NCBI GenBank assembly: GCA_963713435.1
Contig: CAVQLU010000001.1
Coordinates: 86,247-150,246, forward strand
DNA length: 64,000 nt
From: an uncultured Actinomycetes bacterium
GTDB taxonomy: Bacteria; Actinomycetota; Thermoleophilia; Gaiellales; JALYLC01
Reading direction: 5' to 3'
In this document: in pieces, positions 10,621 through 20,810 of the stretch
Position numbering within the stretch: the first letter of the stretch is position 1
Layout of the letters: each line of letters starts with the position of its first letter
Position numbers and translations under genes: made by a program
The notes under the pieces: generated by a model
What the model was told of the DNA's origin: nothing
The model's input: only the letters and a program-made list of their open reading frames with translations
Databases searched by the model: none

Positions 10621-11051
10621 GCGACTCGCCCGATCTCACACCGGAGGACGTCAGGGAGATCCTGCGGCTCGTCGACGAATCGCAGTTCGACGAGTTCGAG
10701 CTCGAGACGCCGCGCCTCACCATCCGCTTCCGGCGCGGGGAGAACGGCCTCCCCGTCACCTCCGGCGAGGCCGCGGCGCCGGCACGCCCGGCCGCCGAGG
10801 CCCCGCAGGACCTCGTCGACGTCAGCGCGCCGATGGTCGGGACGTTCTACCGAGCCCCCGGCCCCGGCGAGGCGGCCTTCGTCGAGGTCGGAAGCACCGT
10901 CGAGGCGGGGACACAGGTCTGCATCCTCGAGGTCATGAAGCTCATGAGCGCCGTCGTTGCAGGCGTCAGCGGCGTGGTGGCTGAGGTCTGCGTCGCCAAC
11001 GGCGAGCCCGTCCAGTACGGCGACGTGCTCTTCCGCATCCGCCCCGCATGA
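10617..11051 (+). CDS. Biotin carboxyl carrier protein
   Basis: APMVGTFYRAP, EVMKLM biotinylation motif, GEPVQYGDVLF. Confidence 0.9.
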   Translation: MSDSPDLTPEDVREILRLVDESQFDEFELETPRLTIRFRRGENGLPVTSGEAAAPARPAAEAPQDLVDVSAPMVGTFYRAPGPGEAAFVEVGSTVEAGTQVCILEVMKLMSAVVAGVSGVVAEVCVANGEPVQYGDVLFRIRPA

Positions 11052-12494
11052 TCGGGCTCGATCGACACGACCGTCCGCGACGGGCACCAGAGCCTCTGGA
11101 GCGCCGATGCGCTGACCACCGCGATGATGGCCGAGATCGCGCCCGTGACCGACCGCGTCGGCTTTCACGCGATCGACTTCACGAGCAGCACGCACATGCT
11201 GATGGCCGTGCGCGCGCACGCCGAGGATCCGTGGGAGCGCATTCGCGCGGTGCGCGACCGGATGCCCGAGACGCCGCTCGGATTCATCACGCCGGGCATG
11301 CGCTTCATGGCCTGGGAGCGAGCGCCCATCGACGTGATGCGGCTCGCGCTGCGCTGCGTCATCCGCAACGGGATCCGGCGGGTCTGGGTGTCGGAGTCGA
11401 TGAACGACGTCGAGACCGACCTGCGCGTCTCCCGCATGGCAAAGGAGGAGGGCGCGGACGAGGTGCTCGTCGGCCTCGTCTACAGCATCAGCCCCGTGCA
11501 CAGCGACGAGTACTACGCCGCGCGCGCGAGAGAGATCGCGGCGAGCGCGGATGTCGACGTGCTCAACCTCAAGGATCCCGGCGGGCTCCTGACGCCCGAG
11601 CGCGTGCGCACGCTCGTCCCCGCCCTGCGCGCCGCCGCGCCGGAGCTGCCGCTCGAGGTGCACTCGCACTGCACCGCGACGATGGCGCCGCTCGTCTACC
11701 TCGAGTCGGCCCGTCTCGGCGCGTCGTTCGTGTGCACCGCCGTCAGGCCGCTGGCGAACGGCACATCGCAGCCGTCCGCCGAGCAGACCGTCGCGAACCT
11801 GCGCGCAGAGGGCTTCGCGGTGGAGCTCGACGAGGACGCGCTCGGCGAGATGTCCGCCTACTTCAGCGCGCTGGCGGCGCGCATCGGCCGGCCCGTCGGC
11901 GTCCCGGCCGAATACGACGTCTCGATCTACCGCCATCAGCTCCCCGGCGGCATGACGGCCACGCTGCGCCGGCAGCTGCGCGAGGTCGGGCTCGAGAGCC
12001 GCTGGGACGAGGTGCTGGCAGAGATCCCGCGCGTGCGCGAAGAGCTCGGCTGGCCGATCATGGTGACGCCGCTGTCGCAGTTCGTGGGCGTGCAGGCGTT
12101 CCTCAACGTGACGACCGGCGTGCGCTACTCGCAGATCCCGGACGAGGTCGTCAAGTACGTGCTGGGGCAGTACGGCCCGACGCCCGGCGAGCTCGATCCC
12201 GACGTCGCGGCGACCGTGCTGGCATCGCCGAAGGCCGAGCAGTTCGCGCGCGAGGAGCACCGCTTCGACCTCGGCGAGGCACGGGCGCGCTACGGCGACA
12301 AGATCAGCGACGAGCTGCTGCTGCTGCGGATGATGCTCCCCGCCGACCAGGTCGACGCGATGCTCGCGCACCGCGGTGCCGGCGCGCCCGCGCCGGCCCG
12401 GCACCCCGTCGTGAGCCTCGTCGAGGGCATCACGCAGCGCACGCTGCGCGAGATCACCGTCACGGCGCCCGGGGTGCGCCTGCACGCCCGATGA
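11048..12494 (+). CDS. Biotin-dependent carboxyltransferase (pyruvate carboxylase B / XccA / AcvE-like; frameshift near 11062)
   Basis: DTTVRDGHQSLW, EDPWERIR, LKDPGGLLTP, VHSHCT, HQLPGGM, LGWPIMVTPLSQFVGVQA. Confidence 0.85.
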
Positions 12495-13309
12495 GCCTGC
12501 TCGACGACATCGACGCGGTCGTCTTCGACGTGGATGGGACGCTCCTGCACGCCAACGATCCGAGCGGTCCGCAGGGAGCGCACCCCATCGCGGGCGCGGC
12601 CGAGGCCGTCGCGCGCGTGCGGGCCAGCGGGCGCCGCGTGCTCTTCTTCACCAACGGCACCGGCCGCCCGCCGGTGCAGTACGCGGCCGACATCCGCGCC
12701 CTCGGGTTCGCGATCGCCGACGAGGAGTTCATGAACCCGGCGGTCGTCGCCGCGCGCTGGATCGCTCGCCGCCACCCGGGCAAGTCGGTGCTCGTACTGG
12801 GCGGCCCCGGCGTGGTGGCGCCGCTGCGCGACCTCGGCATCGAGACGATCGGAACCGCCGAGCCGGCGGTCGCCGACATCGTGCTCGTCGGCTGGGACGA
12901 CGTCCTCACCTACGCGGCGCTGCGGGCCGCCTGCGAGTCGATCTGGGCGGGCGCGCCGTTGCTCGCCACATCGACGGCGAGCGTCTTCTCGGTCAACGGC
13001 GGAGCGGCTCCCGGCTGGTCCGGCGCCGTCGCCGCGGGCATCCGCCAGACGACCGGCGCGCGGGCCCTCACGCTCGGCAAGCCGTCGCCCGTCGCGTTGC
13101 GCGAGGCCTGCCGTGTGCTCGGAGTCAAGCCGGCGCGCACCCTCGTCGTGGGCGACGACCTCGAGCTCGAGATCGCCATGGCCCGCCGCGCCGGAGCTCG
13201 CTCGGCGCTCGTCCTGACCGGCGTCGGCACCGAGGAAGCGGCGGCGGCGCGCCCGCCCGCACGCCGGCCGGACGCCATCCTGGCGGACGTCACGGCCCTC
13301 CAGGTCTAG
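12491..13309 (+). CDS. HAD-IIA (NagD-like) phosphatase (CreD/AcvF/HpeD-like)
   Basis: FDVDGTL, FFTNG, LGKPS, VVGDDLELEI..LVLTG. Confidence 0.85.
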   Translation: MSLLDDIDAVVFDVDGTLLHANDPSGPQGAHPIAGAAEAVARVRASGRRVLFFTNGTGRPPVQYAADIRALGFAIADEEFMNPAVVAARWIARRHPGKSVLVLGGPGVVAPLRDLGIETIGTAEPAVADIVLVGWDDVLTYAALRAACESIWAGAPLLATSTASVFSVNGGAAPGWSGAVAAGIRQTTGARALTLGKPSPVALREACRVLGVKPARTLVVGDDLELEIAMARRAGARSALVLTGVGTEEAAAARPPARRPDAILADVTALQV

Positions 13310-13995
13310 AAGTCGAACGTCACCTTCGGGGCCTCGACCGGCTTGCCGCCGCGGAGCTCCGGGTGGAAGCGGATCTGCCGCTCGTCGAGGTCGTCGAGTG
13401 CGCGCGCCCGGGCGATCGCGGGCCGCGCGCCGACACGCCAGTAGTGCGCCTGCACGGCCTCGCCCCCGATCAGCAGTCCGGGCTTGTAGTGCTGCCAGCC
13501 GACGAGCATGTAGAGGTAGATGTCGGCGACGCTGTACTGCTCGCCCAGGCACCACGTGCGCCCTGCCAACTGCTCCTCGAGGTACTCGCCCACGCGTTCG
13601 AGGTCGGCGACCCCCTTGGCGCGCACGCCGGGCTCGGACTCGGTGGTGAAGAAGCGCGGCGCCATGACGCGTTCCCAGAGCGGCCGGAACGTGCCGGCCA
13701 GCCAGCCGAGCCAGCGCAGATAGGCGCCGCGGGCCGGATCACCGATGGCCGGCGCGAGCCCCGCCTCCGGAAAGCGCTCGGCCAGGTACATGAGGCACGC
13801 GCCGATCTCGTGGACCTGGGCGTCGCCGTCGCGCAGAGCGGGCACGGTGCGCCAGGGATTCAGCTCGGCGAGCTCCGGCGTCTGGTCGCGATCGAACGGC
13901 ACGACGTCGATCGCGCGGTACTCGACACCGATCTCCTCGAGCGCGCAGCGCACCGCGAACGACGAGCTGCCGGTGATCTGGAAGAACTCGATCAT
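13306..13995 (-). CDS. Glutathione S-transferase family protein
   Basis: ALEEIG, NPWRTVPAL, EIGACLMYLAE, SVADIYL. Confidence 0.85.
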   Translation of the reverse strand: MIEFFQITGSSSFAVRCALEEIGVEYRAIDVVPFDRDQTPELAELNPWRTVPALRDGDAQVHEIGACLMYLAERFPEAGLAPAIGDPARGAYLRWLGWLAGTFRPLWERVMAPRFFTTESEPGVRAKGVADLERVGEYLEEQLAGRTWCLGEQYSVADIYLYMLVGWQHYKPGLLIGGEAVQAHYWRVGARPAIARARALDDLDERQIRFHPELRGGKPVEAPKVTFDF

Positions 13996-14411
13996 CGCCG
14001 CAACGAAACGTAGCGGATCGAAAGTCCGACAGGTCTGCTACAACTGCGCGTCCAGAGCCTGAACGCGTGGCGACGTGGTCCCGCGATAGGCAAGGTGTTG
14101 CGCGCTGACCCCGGGTCGTCCTTTCCCGGGCCGATGCTCGTACTGCCGGTCGGCGGGGTGGACGACCTGGTTGTAACGAGCTCTGCGCGCTCGCGGCTGC
14201 ATTGCATGGGAAGCCGTACTTTCTCGCGTGATCTCGTGCCCCGTACGACCCGCCTTTCGTGAACACACCGGCCCGTCGACCAGAGACGGGCCGGTGTGGC
14301 GGGATCCTCGCCCGCCGCCACGGCTCACGGGGAGCAGGATTCTCCAGCAACATCGTGGAGAAAGCTTGTTATAATACGATACGAAACGTAGCGTTCCAGA
14401 AGGAGTCGCCC

Positions 14412-14984
14412 ATGACGACGCTCGCCCCACCGAAGAAGATTCTCACCGTCGAAGACAACGCCATCGTGAGTGCAGACGTCCGCAGCATTCTCGAAGGCGC
14501 CGGTTACGACGTCTGCCCCGAGGCCTACGACGGCGTCCAGGCCGTCGAGCACGTGCGCGCCTACGCGCCCGATCTGATCCTGCTCGACCTGCGACTGCCG
14601 CTGCTCGACGGCGTCGAGACGGCAAGCCGGATCCGCGAGGAGTCCGACGCGCCGATCCTCGTGCTCACGGGCTCCAACGATCCCGAGCTGCTGGGCCGCG
14701 CCCAGGCAGCCGGAACGACCGGCCACGTGCTCAAGCCGTTCAGCGAGAGCGGGCTGCTGTCGGCGGTCAAGAGCCGCCTGGCCGAGCACGAGTCGAACGA
14801 CTTCCACCTGCGCTGCATCGTCGATTCGATGGTGCGTGATGGCGCCGATGAGAAGTCGATCGTGCGGGCCTTGGAGCGATCGCACACTTCGCACACGACG
14901 AGGACGCACGCGCGCCTCAGCCTGCGGCAGCAGCTCCGGCGCCTCGAGCGCTTCGTCCCGCGCCGGCAGCCGGCGGCCGAGTAA
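14412..14984 (+). CDS. Response regulator receiver protein with a short unknown C-terminal extension
   Basis: ILTVEDN, PDLILLDLRLPLLDG, VLTG, VLKPF; AGGAG RBS and TATAAT at 14370-14375. Confidence 0.8.
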   Translation: MTTLAPPKKILTVEDNAIVSADVRSILEGAGYDVCPEAYDGVQAVEHVRAYAPDLILLDLRLPLLDGVETASRIREESDAPILVLTGSNDPELLGRAQAAGTTGHVLKPFSESGLLSAVKSRLAEHESNDFHLRCIVDSMVRDGADEKSIVRALERSHTSHTTRTHARLSLRQQLRRLERFVPRRQPAAE

Positions 14985-14990
14985 CGCCGG

Positions 14991-16007
14991 TCAGCCGGAC
15001 AGCGCGGGGTCGAGCAGCACCTTGACGCGCTGATTACCCGGCGCCGTGAGCGCCCGGAACGTCTCTTCTGCGCGGTCGAACCCGACCGCTCCGCTGATCA
15101 GCTCGCCGCTCGGGATGCGCCCGGCGGCGAGCAGCGCGATCGCCTCGTCGAAGTCGGCGCGGCGGTAGATGATCGCGCCGCGGACATCGACTTCCTTGAA
15201 GATCAGCGGCAGCTGGTCGAGTGGGAAGGGCTCGAGCGCCATCCCGACCATGAGCACCCGGCCGAGCGGAGCGACGAGCTCGATGGCCAGCGCCACCGCC
15301 GCTCCCGTTCCGGCGCACTCCATGACCGCCGCGGGCGGGTTGCCGGCCAGCGCGGCGGCGGCCTCGGCCGGAGCGAGCGTCCGCAAGCCCAGGCGCTCGG
15401 CGCTCCGGGCGCGCCCCGGGTTGCGTGAGATCAACACCACCTCGGCGCCCTGCTCGCGGGCGACGAGCGCCGTCAGGAGGCCGATCGGCCCCGCGCCGAT
15501 GACTGCGAATCGCTCGCCCGGAACGAGGTGCGCGCGAGACAGGGCATGCACGGCGACCGCGGTCGGCTCGACGAGCGTCCCCGCCTGATCGTCGACCGCA
15601 TCCGGCAGCGCGAAGAGCATGCGCGCGTCCACGATCACACGCTCGGCGTAGCCCCCGGGGCGGCCGGTGCCCAGGCCGACGCCGTTGGCAACCGCGGTGC
15701 CGCACACCTGCTCGGTACCCGAGCGGCAGGCGTCGCATTCGCCGCACTGGGCGAACGGCAGCACCGAGACGCGATCGCCCTCGCCCCAGCCGCCGACGCC
15801 CTCGCCGAGCGCTCCGATCGAGCCGGACATCTCGTGGCCCGGGACCGTCCCCGCGGGGAAGAGCGCCGGGACGTCGCGGAAGTGGAGATCCGAGCCGCAG
15901 ATGCCGCAGAACGCGATGTCGACTGCGACCTGGCCCGGCCCAGGCTCGGGCCACGGCCGGTCGACGACGGCCAGAGACCGATCCTCTGCGATCTCGATGG
16001 CGCGCAC
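14991..16007 (-). CDS. Zinc-dependent alcohol dehydrogenase (MDR family)
   Basis: CGICGSDLH, GHEMSG, CGECDAC..C, GAGPIG. Confidence 0.9.
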   Translation of the reverse strand: MRAIEIAEDRSLAVVDRPWPEPGPGQVAVDIAFCGICGSDLHFRDVPALFPAGTVPGHEMSGSIGALGEGVGGWGEGDRVSVLPFAQCGECDACRSGTEQVCGTAVANGVGLGTGRPGGYAERVIVDARMLFALPDAVDDQAGTLVEPTAVAVHALSRAHLVPGERFAVIGAGPIGLLTALVAREQGAEVVLISRNPGRARSAERLGLRTLAPAEAAAALAGNPPAAVMECAGTGAAVALAIELVAPLGRVLMVGMALEPFPLDQLPLIFKEVDVRGAIIYRRADFDEAIALLAAGRIPSGELISGAVGFDRAEETFRALTAPGNQRVKVLLDPALSG

Positions 16008-16121
16008 GGCGGATCGCAATATAGCCGCGCGCCAAGCGACCCCCGCAAGCTTGTGTCATTCAGCTCGACCCCTCGCCGGAGGCATTGCCCGAGACCCGGT
16101 GCGCTGTCGATACAGAAGTCC

Positions 16122-17003
16122 ATGATTCGCCTGCGCAGCGTCACCGTGCTCGCGGCCCTGATCGCCGCAGCCGCCTCGGTTGTCACCGCCTCGCCCGCCG
16201 CCGCGGCCGATGCGGCAGCGGCTTGCGACCCGGCCCTGCCGGCGGGCCTGACCTGGTCGGCACCTTCTTCCCTGGCCTGGGGACGCGAGGCGCGGGTCGG
16301 CGCGAACGTGCTCGATGCTCTCGAGGGGCCGTCCTACGAGGAAGACTCGGTCGCCTTCGGCGTCGACGCGGGTAAGATCCGGCCCGCCTCGGATCCGATC
16401 GCCCACGACTTCGAGTTCGAGGTCAAGGCGCCGGCGAGCGGCGCCGCTCTCGCGGCGAGCGCCACCTGGCTCATGACCGACGACACGGACGCCACGCGCT
16501 GCGCGCAGTCAGTCGCGCTGAGCATCCCGACCGACGCCGGCGACGCGCTGCGCTACTCCGCGCGGCGCTCGAGCAGCGGCATCACGTGGTCGCCGGTCGG
16601 CGCCGGCAACTGTCACGACGTGGCCATCGAGCCGGTCAGCCTGACGGTGCAGCAGGGCGGGGTCACGCGCCGCCTGACCGCGCCCGACCAGTGCGATCCG
16701 TCCGGCGCCAAGCACGCGAGCACCCCTGACTGGAAGCTCTCGATCGGCGACGGAACGTTCCGCCTGACTGCTCTGAACGCGCATTCCTCGCTCCGCACGC
16801 GCATGCGCTATGTGGTGCGGGTCGGGTCCCGAAGGGTTGCGTCGGGGTCGCTGGCGCTCGTCCGCACCTATGTCCCGGACAAGCGGATCACGTGGCCGAA
16901 CCCCGCCTTCTACAGCGTCTGCATCCACGGGATGCCGCACAAGATGATCGCCAACGGCTGCATCGTGGCCGGCTCGCTCAAGCTGCAGCTCACGCTCGTC
17001 TGA
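16122..17003 (+). CDS. Secreted hypothetical protein
   Basis: Signal peptide MIRLRSVTVLAALIAAAASVVTASPAAA; several Cys; no family recognised. Confidence 0.6.
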   Translation: MIRLRSVTVLAALIAAAASVVTASPAAAADAAAACDPALPAGLTWSAPSSLAWGREARVGANVLDALEGPSYEEDSVAFGVDAGKIRPASDPIAHDFEFEVKAPASGAALAASATWLMTDDTDATRCAQSVALSIPTDAGDALRYSARRSSSGITWSPVGAGNCHDVAIEPVSLTVQQGGVTRRLTAPDQCDPSGAKHASTPDWKLSIGDGTFRLTALNAHSSLRTRMRYVVRVGSRRVASGSLALVRTYVPDKRITWPNPAFYSVCIHGMPHKMIANGCIVAGSLKLQLTLV

Positions 17004-17028
17004 GATTGGCTTCAGCCGGATCCCCCAC

Positions 17029-18552
17029 GTGAGGCATCCCCCTTTCAAGGGAGGCGCCGATGTCGATGGAGGCATGGAAGGCGGAGCAACCAGCGCGCGG
17101 CGCTCGCTTGCGCGAAGCCGGACGGTTCCAGGTGTTGCGCTGCTCGTGCGGGAAGCGCCGCTCGTCGTCGCGGTCGGGGTCTACATCGCGCTGATCGCGA
17201 CGCTGCTTCCGGAGATGATCGTGCAGGACAGCTGGCTCACCCTCGTGATGGGCCGCGAGATCTTCCAGCACGGGCTACCGCACACCGAGACGCTCACCGT
17301 GTGGGCCCACGGCGACCACTGGACGGATCAGCAGTGGCTCGCGCAGTGCGCGTTCTACGCGCTCGAGCGGCTCGGCGGGCTCAAGCTGGTGCTGCTCGCG
17401 CACGGCCTGCTCCTGACCGCAGCCTTCGCCGGCTGCCTGGCCGCCGCGCGCGCCAGGGGCGCATCGCACAAGAGCATCCTGCTGGTCGCGACCGTCGGCT
17501 GCCTGCTCGCGCCGTGGGCGCTGCAGATGCGCGCGCAGAGCTTCGCGCCGCTGCTCTTCGTCGGCCTGCTGTGGCTGCTCATCTCCGACAGCAAGGCCCC
17601 CAGCCGCCGCGTGCTGTTCGCCCTGCCCATCTTGATTCTGTGGGCCAACATCCACGGCACCGTCCTGCTCGCCGCCCTGCTGGTCGCCGTGCGCGGCATC
17701 ACGCGTCTCGTGGAGTCGCGGCGAGGCAACGGCAGTGACGGCCGCGCGAGCGGGCGCACGCTCGACTCCGTCCTGCTCGTGCTTTCGCCGGCTCTCGTCT
17801 TCGTCTCGCCCTATGGCCTCTCGCTGGCCGGCTACTACCACCACATGCTCGTGGCGCCGCAGCTCCGCACGTACGTTCAGGAGTGGCAGGTGAGCTCGCC
17901 CTCGCTCCTCACCGCGGCGTTCTACCTCTCGGCATTCGCGGCCACGGCGCTCGTGGCGCGCGGGGTCAGGCACCTCACCCGCTTCGAGCTGCTGGCGCTC
18001 GTCATCCTGCTCGTGAGCGCGGTAACCGCCATCCGCAGCATCGTCTGGTTCGGGCTGGCCTGCATGATCATCCTGCCCGTGCTCGTCGACCACGAGCTGC
18101 CGACGCGACCCTGGCGCCTCTCGATTCCGGCGCGCACGCTCGCGGCCGTCGGCGTCGCGATGATCGTCGGATTCGCCGCGTTCGCCGCGACGCGTCCGTC
18201 GGCCTGGTTCGAACGGGCCTGGCCGACGCAGGGAGTCGCGGCGATCGGCCACGAGCTGGCCACGCCGAACACGCGCGTGATCGCCGACGACCGTCACGCC
18301 GACTGGCTGCTCTGGCAGCTTCCGCAGTTGCGCGGCCGGCTCGCCACCGACATCCGCTTCGAGCTCTACAGCAGCAAGCAGCTGAAGCAGCTGATCGCCT
18401 ACCAGGAGCGGGACAAGGCGAACTGGCGGGCGACCGCCAAGGGCTATGCGGTCACCGTGCTCTCGACCAAGAGCGACTCGGCGAAGCATGTGCACGCCTA
18501 CGGGCAGCCGCTCTACCGCGGCAGCGACATGATCGTCATCCGCAATCGCTAG
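17029..18552 (+). CDS. Polytopic membrane protein, possibly GT-C-like glycosyltransferase
   Basis: DSWLTLVMGREI..P..W..QQWLAQ, MRAQSF, LWANIHG, SPYG; many TM helices; start uncertain. Confidence 0.6.
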   Translation: MRHPPFKGGADVDGGMEGGATSARRSLARSRTVPGVALLVREAPLVVAVGVYIALIATLLPEMIVQDSWLTLVMGREIFQHGLPHTETLTVWAHGDHWTDQQWLAQCAFYALERLGGLKLVLLAHGLLLTAAFAGCLAAARARGASHKSILLVATVGCLLAPWALQMRAQSFAPLLFVGLLWLLISDSKAPSRRVLFALPILILWANIHGTVLLAALLVAVRGITRLVESRRGNGSDGRASGRTLDSVLLVLSPALVFVSPYGLSLAGYYHHMLVAPQLRTYVQEWQVSSPSLLTAAFYLSAFAATALVARGVRHLTRFELLALVILLVSAVTAIRSIVWFGLACMIILPVLVDHELPTRPWRLSIPARTLAAVGVAMIVGFAAFAATRPSAWFERAWPTQGVAAIGHELATPNTRVIADDRHADWLLWQLPQLRGRLATDIRFELYSSKQLKQLIAYQERDKANWRATAKGYAVTVLSTKSDSAKHVHAYGQPLYRGSDMIVIRNR

Positions 18553-18710
18553 ACCAGCCGGGGCGATTCTCCCGGAACCTGGAGACAGTGCCCCGACGGT
18601 GCGCGAACGTGTCGCCCGATCGATGCGAGCAGGCATCTCGGAGGCGCTTCGTGAAGCCTTCGGCGGTATCGTCCCGCGGCCCTCGCACCCAGGTGCCATG
18701 AATAGCCGCC

Positions 18711-20804
18711 ATGGGGGAGAACCGACATAGAGGCATTGTCGTCGCGGTGCTCGCAGTCGCGCTGTTCGCTCTGACGGTCAGCGCGAGTCAGGCGAAGTCA
18801 CATCCGCCGAAGACACACGGCGGGCAGGCGTCGAAGCCGAAACCCAAGCCCAAGCCCAAGCATCACAAGAAGCACCACCACAAGAAGCACCACGTCCACG
18901 GCGGCCATGCGAAGAAGCTGAGCAACCTCCAGGCGGCCAACGGCAAGACGAAGGACGCTCAGAAGAACAACAAGCATCGCAACAAGCGCGCGCCGCGCGA
19001 TTCTGATGTGCTGACGTCGGTGCGGACGCTCGACGGCAGTGGCAGCAATGTCGCGCACGCCACCTGGGGCCAGGCGGGAACGCCCTACGTGCGCCTCGGC
19101 CCCGCCAACTACGCCGACGGCGTGGGGTCGATGCAGGGCGGCCCGGCGCCGCGCCGCATCAGCAACCGCGTGTTCAACGATGTCGGGCAGAACCTCTTCA
19201 GCGAGAACAAGGTCTCCCAGTGGGGCTGGGTCTGGGGACAGTTCATCGACCACGACATCGGCCTGCGCGACGAGACGCCGGCCGAGGACGCCCCCATCCC
19301 GTTCGACTCGAACGATCCGCTCGAGCAGTTCGCGAACGATCTCGGCCAGATGAGCTTCAACCGCACGCCCGCCGCGCCCGGCACGGGCACCGGCACGTCC
19401 AACCCGCGCCAGCAGATCAACACCAACAGCAGCGTGATCGATGCCAGCCAGATCTACGGCGGCACGGCGGCCCGTCTGGCCTGGCTCAAGGCGCCCAACG
19501 GGTACGACCTCTACCTGCCGAACGGCGACCTCCCCCACTCGTCGAGCAAGGCGGGCGCTCCCCCGATGGATCTGATGGGGCCGCTCATGGGCGATCCCGG
19601 CGATGCGATCGTCGCGGGCGACGTCCGCGCCAACGAGAACAGCGGACTCACCTCGATTCAGACGCTGTTCGCGCGCGAGCACAACCGCATCGCGGACGGG
19701 CTCCCGGCGAAGCTCAGCCCGGAGACCCGGTTCCAGATCGCCCGGCGCGTCGTCGGCGCGGAGATCCAGTACATCACCTACCGGGAGTTCCTGCCCGCGA
19801 TGGGAGTGTCACTGCCCTCGTATTCCGGCTACAAGCCGAGTGTCAATCCGTCGGTGTCGAACGAATTCGCCACTGTCGGATTCCGCGCTCACAGCATGGT
19901 GCACGGCGAGTTCGAGCCGACCGTGAGCGGTGACAAGTTCAGCGCAGCCCAGTTGACGACGCTCGCCGCGCACGGCATGAAGGTCGAGCCGAATGACGAT
20001 GGCACCGTCACGATTGTCATTCCGCTCGGAATCGCCTTCGGCAACCCCGACCTGGTGGATCAGTTCGGTCTCGGGCCGCTTCTGGGTAGCCTCGGAGAGA
20101 GTCAATACCGGAACGACGAGCAGATCGACAACTCGCTCCGCTCCGTGCTCTTCCAGATCCCCAAGCCGACGACGACCGATCCGAGCGCCTGTAACGAGCC
20201 CGGCCCCAATCCGGCCTGTTTCAGCAATGTCAGCGATGTCGGCGCGCTCGACGTGCAGCGTGCCCGCGACCACGGCATGCCGACCTACAACCAGCTGAGG
20301 GTGCTCTACGGCCTGCCGCCGGTCACCTCCTTCACGCAGCTGACCGGCGAGCGCACCGACCGGTTCCCGCGCACCGATGAGTTTCCGCAGGGACTCGACA
20401 TCGACAACTCGACGATCATGGACTTCCTCACACTCACCGATGTCGACGGCAGTCCGGTCGAGCTGGGCGATCTCGATACGGCCGTCACCGGAGTGCGGCG
20501 AACGACGCTGGCGGCTCGTCTCAAGGCGCTCTACGGCACCGTCGACAAGGTCGACGGCTTCGTGGGCATGGTCTCCGAGCCACACGTCCAGGGCTCCGAC
20601 CTGGGGCCGCTCCAGCGCGCCTTCTGGAAGCGGCAGTTCGCGGCCCTGCGCGACGGCGACCGCTTCTTCTATCTCAACGATCCCGCGCTCGAGCGCATCA
20701 ACGACCGCTACGGCGTGACCTACAAGCACTCGCTCGCGCAGATCGTGGAGGCGAACACCGACGCCGACGTCGCGAGCGACATCTTCCACGTGGCGGCCGA
20801 CTGA
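18711..20804 (+). CDS. Secreted heme peroxidase (peroxidase-cyclooxygenase / animal-type family)
   Basis: RTLDGSGSN, WGQFIDHDI, IDASQIYG, AGDVRANEN, FAREHNRIA, GFRAHSM, QRARDHGMPTYN, LRDGDRFFY; signal peptide. Confidence 0.9.
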   Translation: MGENRHRGIVVAVLAVALFALTVSASQAKSHPPKTHGGQASKPKPKPKPKHHKKHHHKKHHVHGGHAKKLSNLQAANGKTKDAQKNNKHRNKRAPRDSDVLTSVRTLDGSGSNVAHATWGQAGTPYVRLGPANYADGVGSMQGGPAPRRISNRVFNDVGQNLFSENKVSQWGWVWGQFIDHDIGLRDETPAEDAPIPFDSNDPLEQFANDLGQMSFNRTPAAPGTGTGTSNPRQQINTNSSVIDASQIYGGTAARLAWLKAPNGYDLYLPNGDLPHSSSKAGAPPMDLMGPLMGDPGDAIVAGDVRANENSGLTSIQTLFAREHNRIADGLPAKLSPETRFQIARRVVGAEIQYITYREFLPAMGVSLPSYSGYKPSVNPSVSNEFATVGFRAHSMVHGEFEPTVSGDKFSAAQLTTLAAHGMKVEPNDDGTVTIVIPLGIAFGNPDLVDQFGLGPLLGSLGESQYRNDEQIDNSLRSVLFQIPKPTTTDPSACNEPGPNPACFSNVSDVGALDVQRARDHGMPTYNQLRVLYGLPPVTSFTQLTGERTDRFPRTDEFPQGLDIDNSTIMDFLTLTDVDGSPVELGDLDTAVTGVRRTTLAARLKALYGTVDKVDGFVGMVSEPHVQGSDLGPLQRAFWKRQFAALRDGDRFFYLNDPALERINDRYGVTYKHSLAQIVEANTDADVASDIFHVAAD

Positions 20805-20810
20805 CGAGAT

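Noticed and set aside
9895-11070. Programmed frameshifting in the kinase small subunit or carboxyltransferase
   Set aside because: No slippery sequence is evident, and similar indels are scattered across unrelated genes.
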